A stretch of 64,000 bases of DNA from Klebsormidium nitens (Eukaryota > Plantae > Klebsormidiophyceae). The notes under the pieces were generated by a model. It had not been told where the DNA came from and searched no databases. It saw only the letters and a list, made by a program, of their open reading frames with translations. A program made the translations under genes and the position numbers. Below, piece by piece: positions 62,101 through 64,000 of this stretch. Each line of letters opens with the position of its first letter. Position 1 is the first letter of the stretch. Where the stretch lies: contig DF237156.1 of assembly GCA_000708835.1 (NCBI GenBank), positions 80,075 to 144,074 on the forward strand. The letters run 5' to 3'.

Positions 62101-62354
62101 CTGTCTGCCTTGCATACTCTATCAGGCAAACCCAACCCTAACCCGTCTGTAACCAATGCTTTGCAGCTGCCGGGTGCCCCATCGGCAGGCTCCTGTGCCC
62201 GGCGAACGCCCCCAGTCTGGGCGCCACGTTCAACGTCTGCTGCCAGCTGAATGTTTGTCCCTCCAGCAACAACCAGTTCGTCCTCCAGGGGCCAGCCTGC
62301 GATATTTTCCCCACGATCCCGACACAGACCCCCACGCCTACACCGACTGCTTAG
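59184..62354 (+). CDS. Secreted precursor: signal peptide, RKLLQ pro-segment, three six-Cys knottin-like domains joined by (TP)n linkers, copy K2, 256 aa
   Basis: Exons 59184-59246 (MASGAIVAVLGLLLMGVFGAE), 59745-59838 (..GIPRKLLQ), 60144-60353, 61060-61275, 62167-62354 (771 nt, phases match). Cys spacings: x6-x19-CC-x4-x10; x6-x20-CC-x4-x10; x6-x13-CC-x4-x13. Confidence 0.85.
61680..62166 (+). repeat. Three ~150-bp tandem copies of the K2 last-exon acceptor plus 5' part of the exon
   Basis: Acceptors gcag|ct(g/t)ccgggtgcccc at 61716, 61864 and 62017 precede the full exon at 62167. Branch-like motifs precede each (cataacc/ataacc for the first, ctaaccc for the others). In-frame stops fall at 61852, 61970 and 62141. 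Confidence 0.9.
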
Positions 62355-63859
62355 CTGACCAAAGTAGTAGTGTCAAATAGTGACAGCTGTTTGCCGTTCA
62401 GAGTGTGAGTTTTGTAGTCGCACAAAGTTTTGACGCCAAGCGTGTGAGCCGTCGCCCCAGAAGATAAGGAGACGTTTTCCAAGGCCGCAAGCAAGTTAGC
62501 AAAGCTGACACTGTAAATGGACAGTAGGCCGCCTTCACACCCGCAAAAGTTACTATCTTCACTGGTGTTTCGAGTTCAGAAATAGAAGGGCAAGCAGATT
62601 GTGTAGTACTGTAAAGGATTCTAAATAAGCGCCAAAGAACAGTAACGGCAGACTTCGAAAGGAAGTAGAGAGAGCTCTGTCGTAGCTGATTTCAATGACG
62701 TTGGTTCTTCAGACTAAATTTTACATACTCTGCTCCCTTGAGAAGATTTCACATCAATACCTGATACGTTTTTTCGATTGCGAAAGAGCCAGCTCCGAGC
62801 AGCGGGCTTTCGAATACGAGCGCAGACTTGACCCCTTGGCGTGAAATGATTACACTTGAGGTTTTCGGTCAAAACAATCCTGAGGACATTTTGGCTCGCT
62901 CAGAGTTTATCAGGTCGAATCGTATGGCGTACTCATTTTCCAATTCAGATTCTTTGAACTACCAATGAAGAACATGGTAAAACCGATCCTGATTGATCCT
63001 GATCATCTCAACCATTTCCGCATATGTGCAACTGCGTAGAAAAACAACTCTCTACGCCGGTCAAGCATGCGTGACTTTGGCTCTCTGATTAACCCATGTG
63101 CATGAGAAGTATCAATGATATGTGAGGAAAGCAGTCTCAGCACTTGAATAAATGTTTTTATCCCTAACGATGTCTTAGGTTAATTAGTTATCACTTTCAT
63201 GTGCCACGAAGCAGATTGATAGAATACCAAAGTTCTCTCCTGATGCACCTAGAGAAAAGACGGCTCGTCGTTTTGAAAGGAGCAGCGAGAAGAGCTCATA
63301 GAAAGAGGAACGACCTTTGCAATTTGGAGCCAATATTCCTCATGATTTGGTCTCTTTTCTCACCAAAGCGGCTTCGTCGGCTACTTTCACGGAGCAGATT
63401 TGCTCCGTTTCGGTCCCGGTTTGGCACGGTTTTGGAGCCAACGCTCAGACTATATTGAAGTGAAAGTGGGCGCAAGTGCTCTGAAGAGCTGCGCATCTTC
63501 GCAGGTTCGTTTGAATTTAACTGATCACTCGGGTGAGCATGTTTGGAAGCAGATATTGCTTAGAGGACAGCCGCCGTTCGTCACTAGGCTGTCCTGGCTT
63601 AGAAGAACCCTTCCAAAGGGGCAGGCTGCCAGTCTGAGCGTGCGCGGCGCGCGCGTCGCAAGTGCGGCGCCAGTTTCAGCGCACGAGCGCGTGGCGCGCT
63701 TGCACCGCTCAGTGACATCACAACTGAAACAGGGGGAGGTCGAAGCTTTTGCGCGTTCAGAACAGGAAACAGTCATTAAAGCTGTGATGATTCGATTACT
63801 GGCAACGTTCGCTTAAACTATGAGTCGCTTGAATTAAGATCCGAGTCCCCCGGGCAAAT

Positions 63860-63945
63860 AAACCAAAGTGCCTAACCCAAAAGCTTACGCGCTCCCCACC
63901 CGAACCCACCCTAACCCCCAAACCAACCCCACCCGTCTCCCGGGC
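63860..63945 (+). repeat. Degenerate C-rich CTAACC/CCCTAA tract
   Basis: cctaacccaaaa..cccgaacccaccctaacccccaaaccaacccc, followed by pyrimidine-rich ctttcttgttcaag. Probably an intron 3' end of a gene continuing past the right edge. Confidence 0.45.
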
Positions 63946-64000
63946 GCCTTTCTTGTTCAAGCGCCCGTTAGTTCAAGCGAACGTTGACAGAGTGTGATTC

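Noticed and set aside
61680-62200. CRISPR-like array
   Set aside because: Units are ~150 bp splice-acceptor-plus-exon copies in a eukaryotic gene; there is no short invariant repeat with unique spacers and no cas genes.

Overview
This is eukaryotic, intron-rich DNA with no rRNA, tRNA or CRISPR signal. Codon style, CTAAC branch points and gene content suggest a streptophyte green alga, most like Klebsormidium (inference). I built spliced models by hand and checked intron phase at every junction unless noted. Left to right: (1) a secreted protein with tandem DUF642/choice-of-anchor-C-like beta-sandwich domains (minus strand, runs off the left edge); (2) a chalcone-isomerase-fold protein; (3) UBC22/UBE2S; (4-5) a tandem pair of ~500-aa uncharacterised genes, each built from two internal repeats and using conserved GC-AG introns, with the left copy showing lesions; (6) a plastid-type HAD hydrolase; (7) a 12-exon PI-phospholipase C starting with an MGNCAC lipidation motif; (8-9) a tandem pair of ~207-aa coiled-coil genes ending in a bacterial-style Ada-like YW..YH..C..CxxC metal-binding domain; (10-11) a tandem pair of secreted precursors (signal peptide, RKLLQ site, three C-C-CC-C-C knottin-like domains with Thr-Pro linkers), the left copy frameshifted. 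Degenerate copies of exon boundaries sit inside neighbouring introns across four of these genes. Most ORFs in the supplied track are shadow or intron-spanning artefacts.
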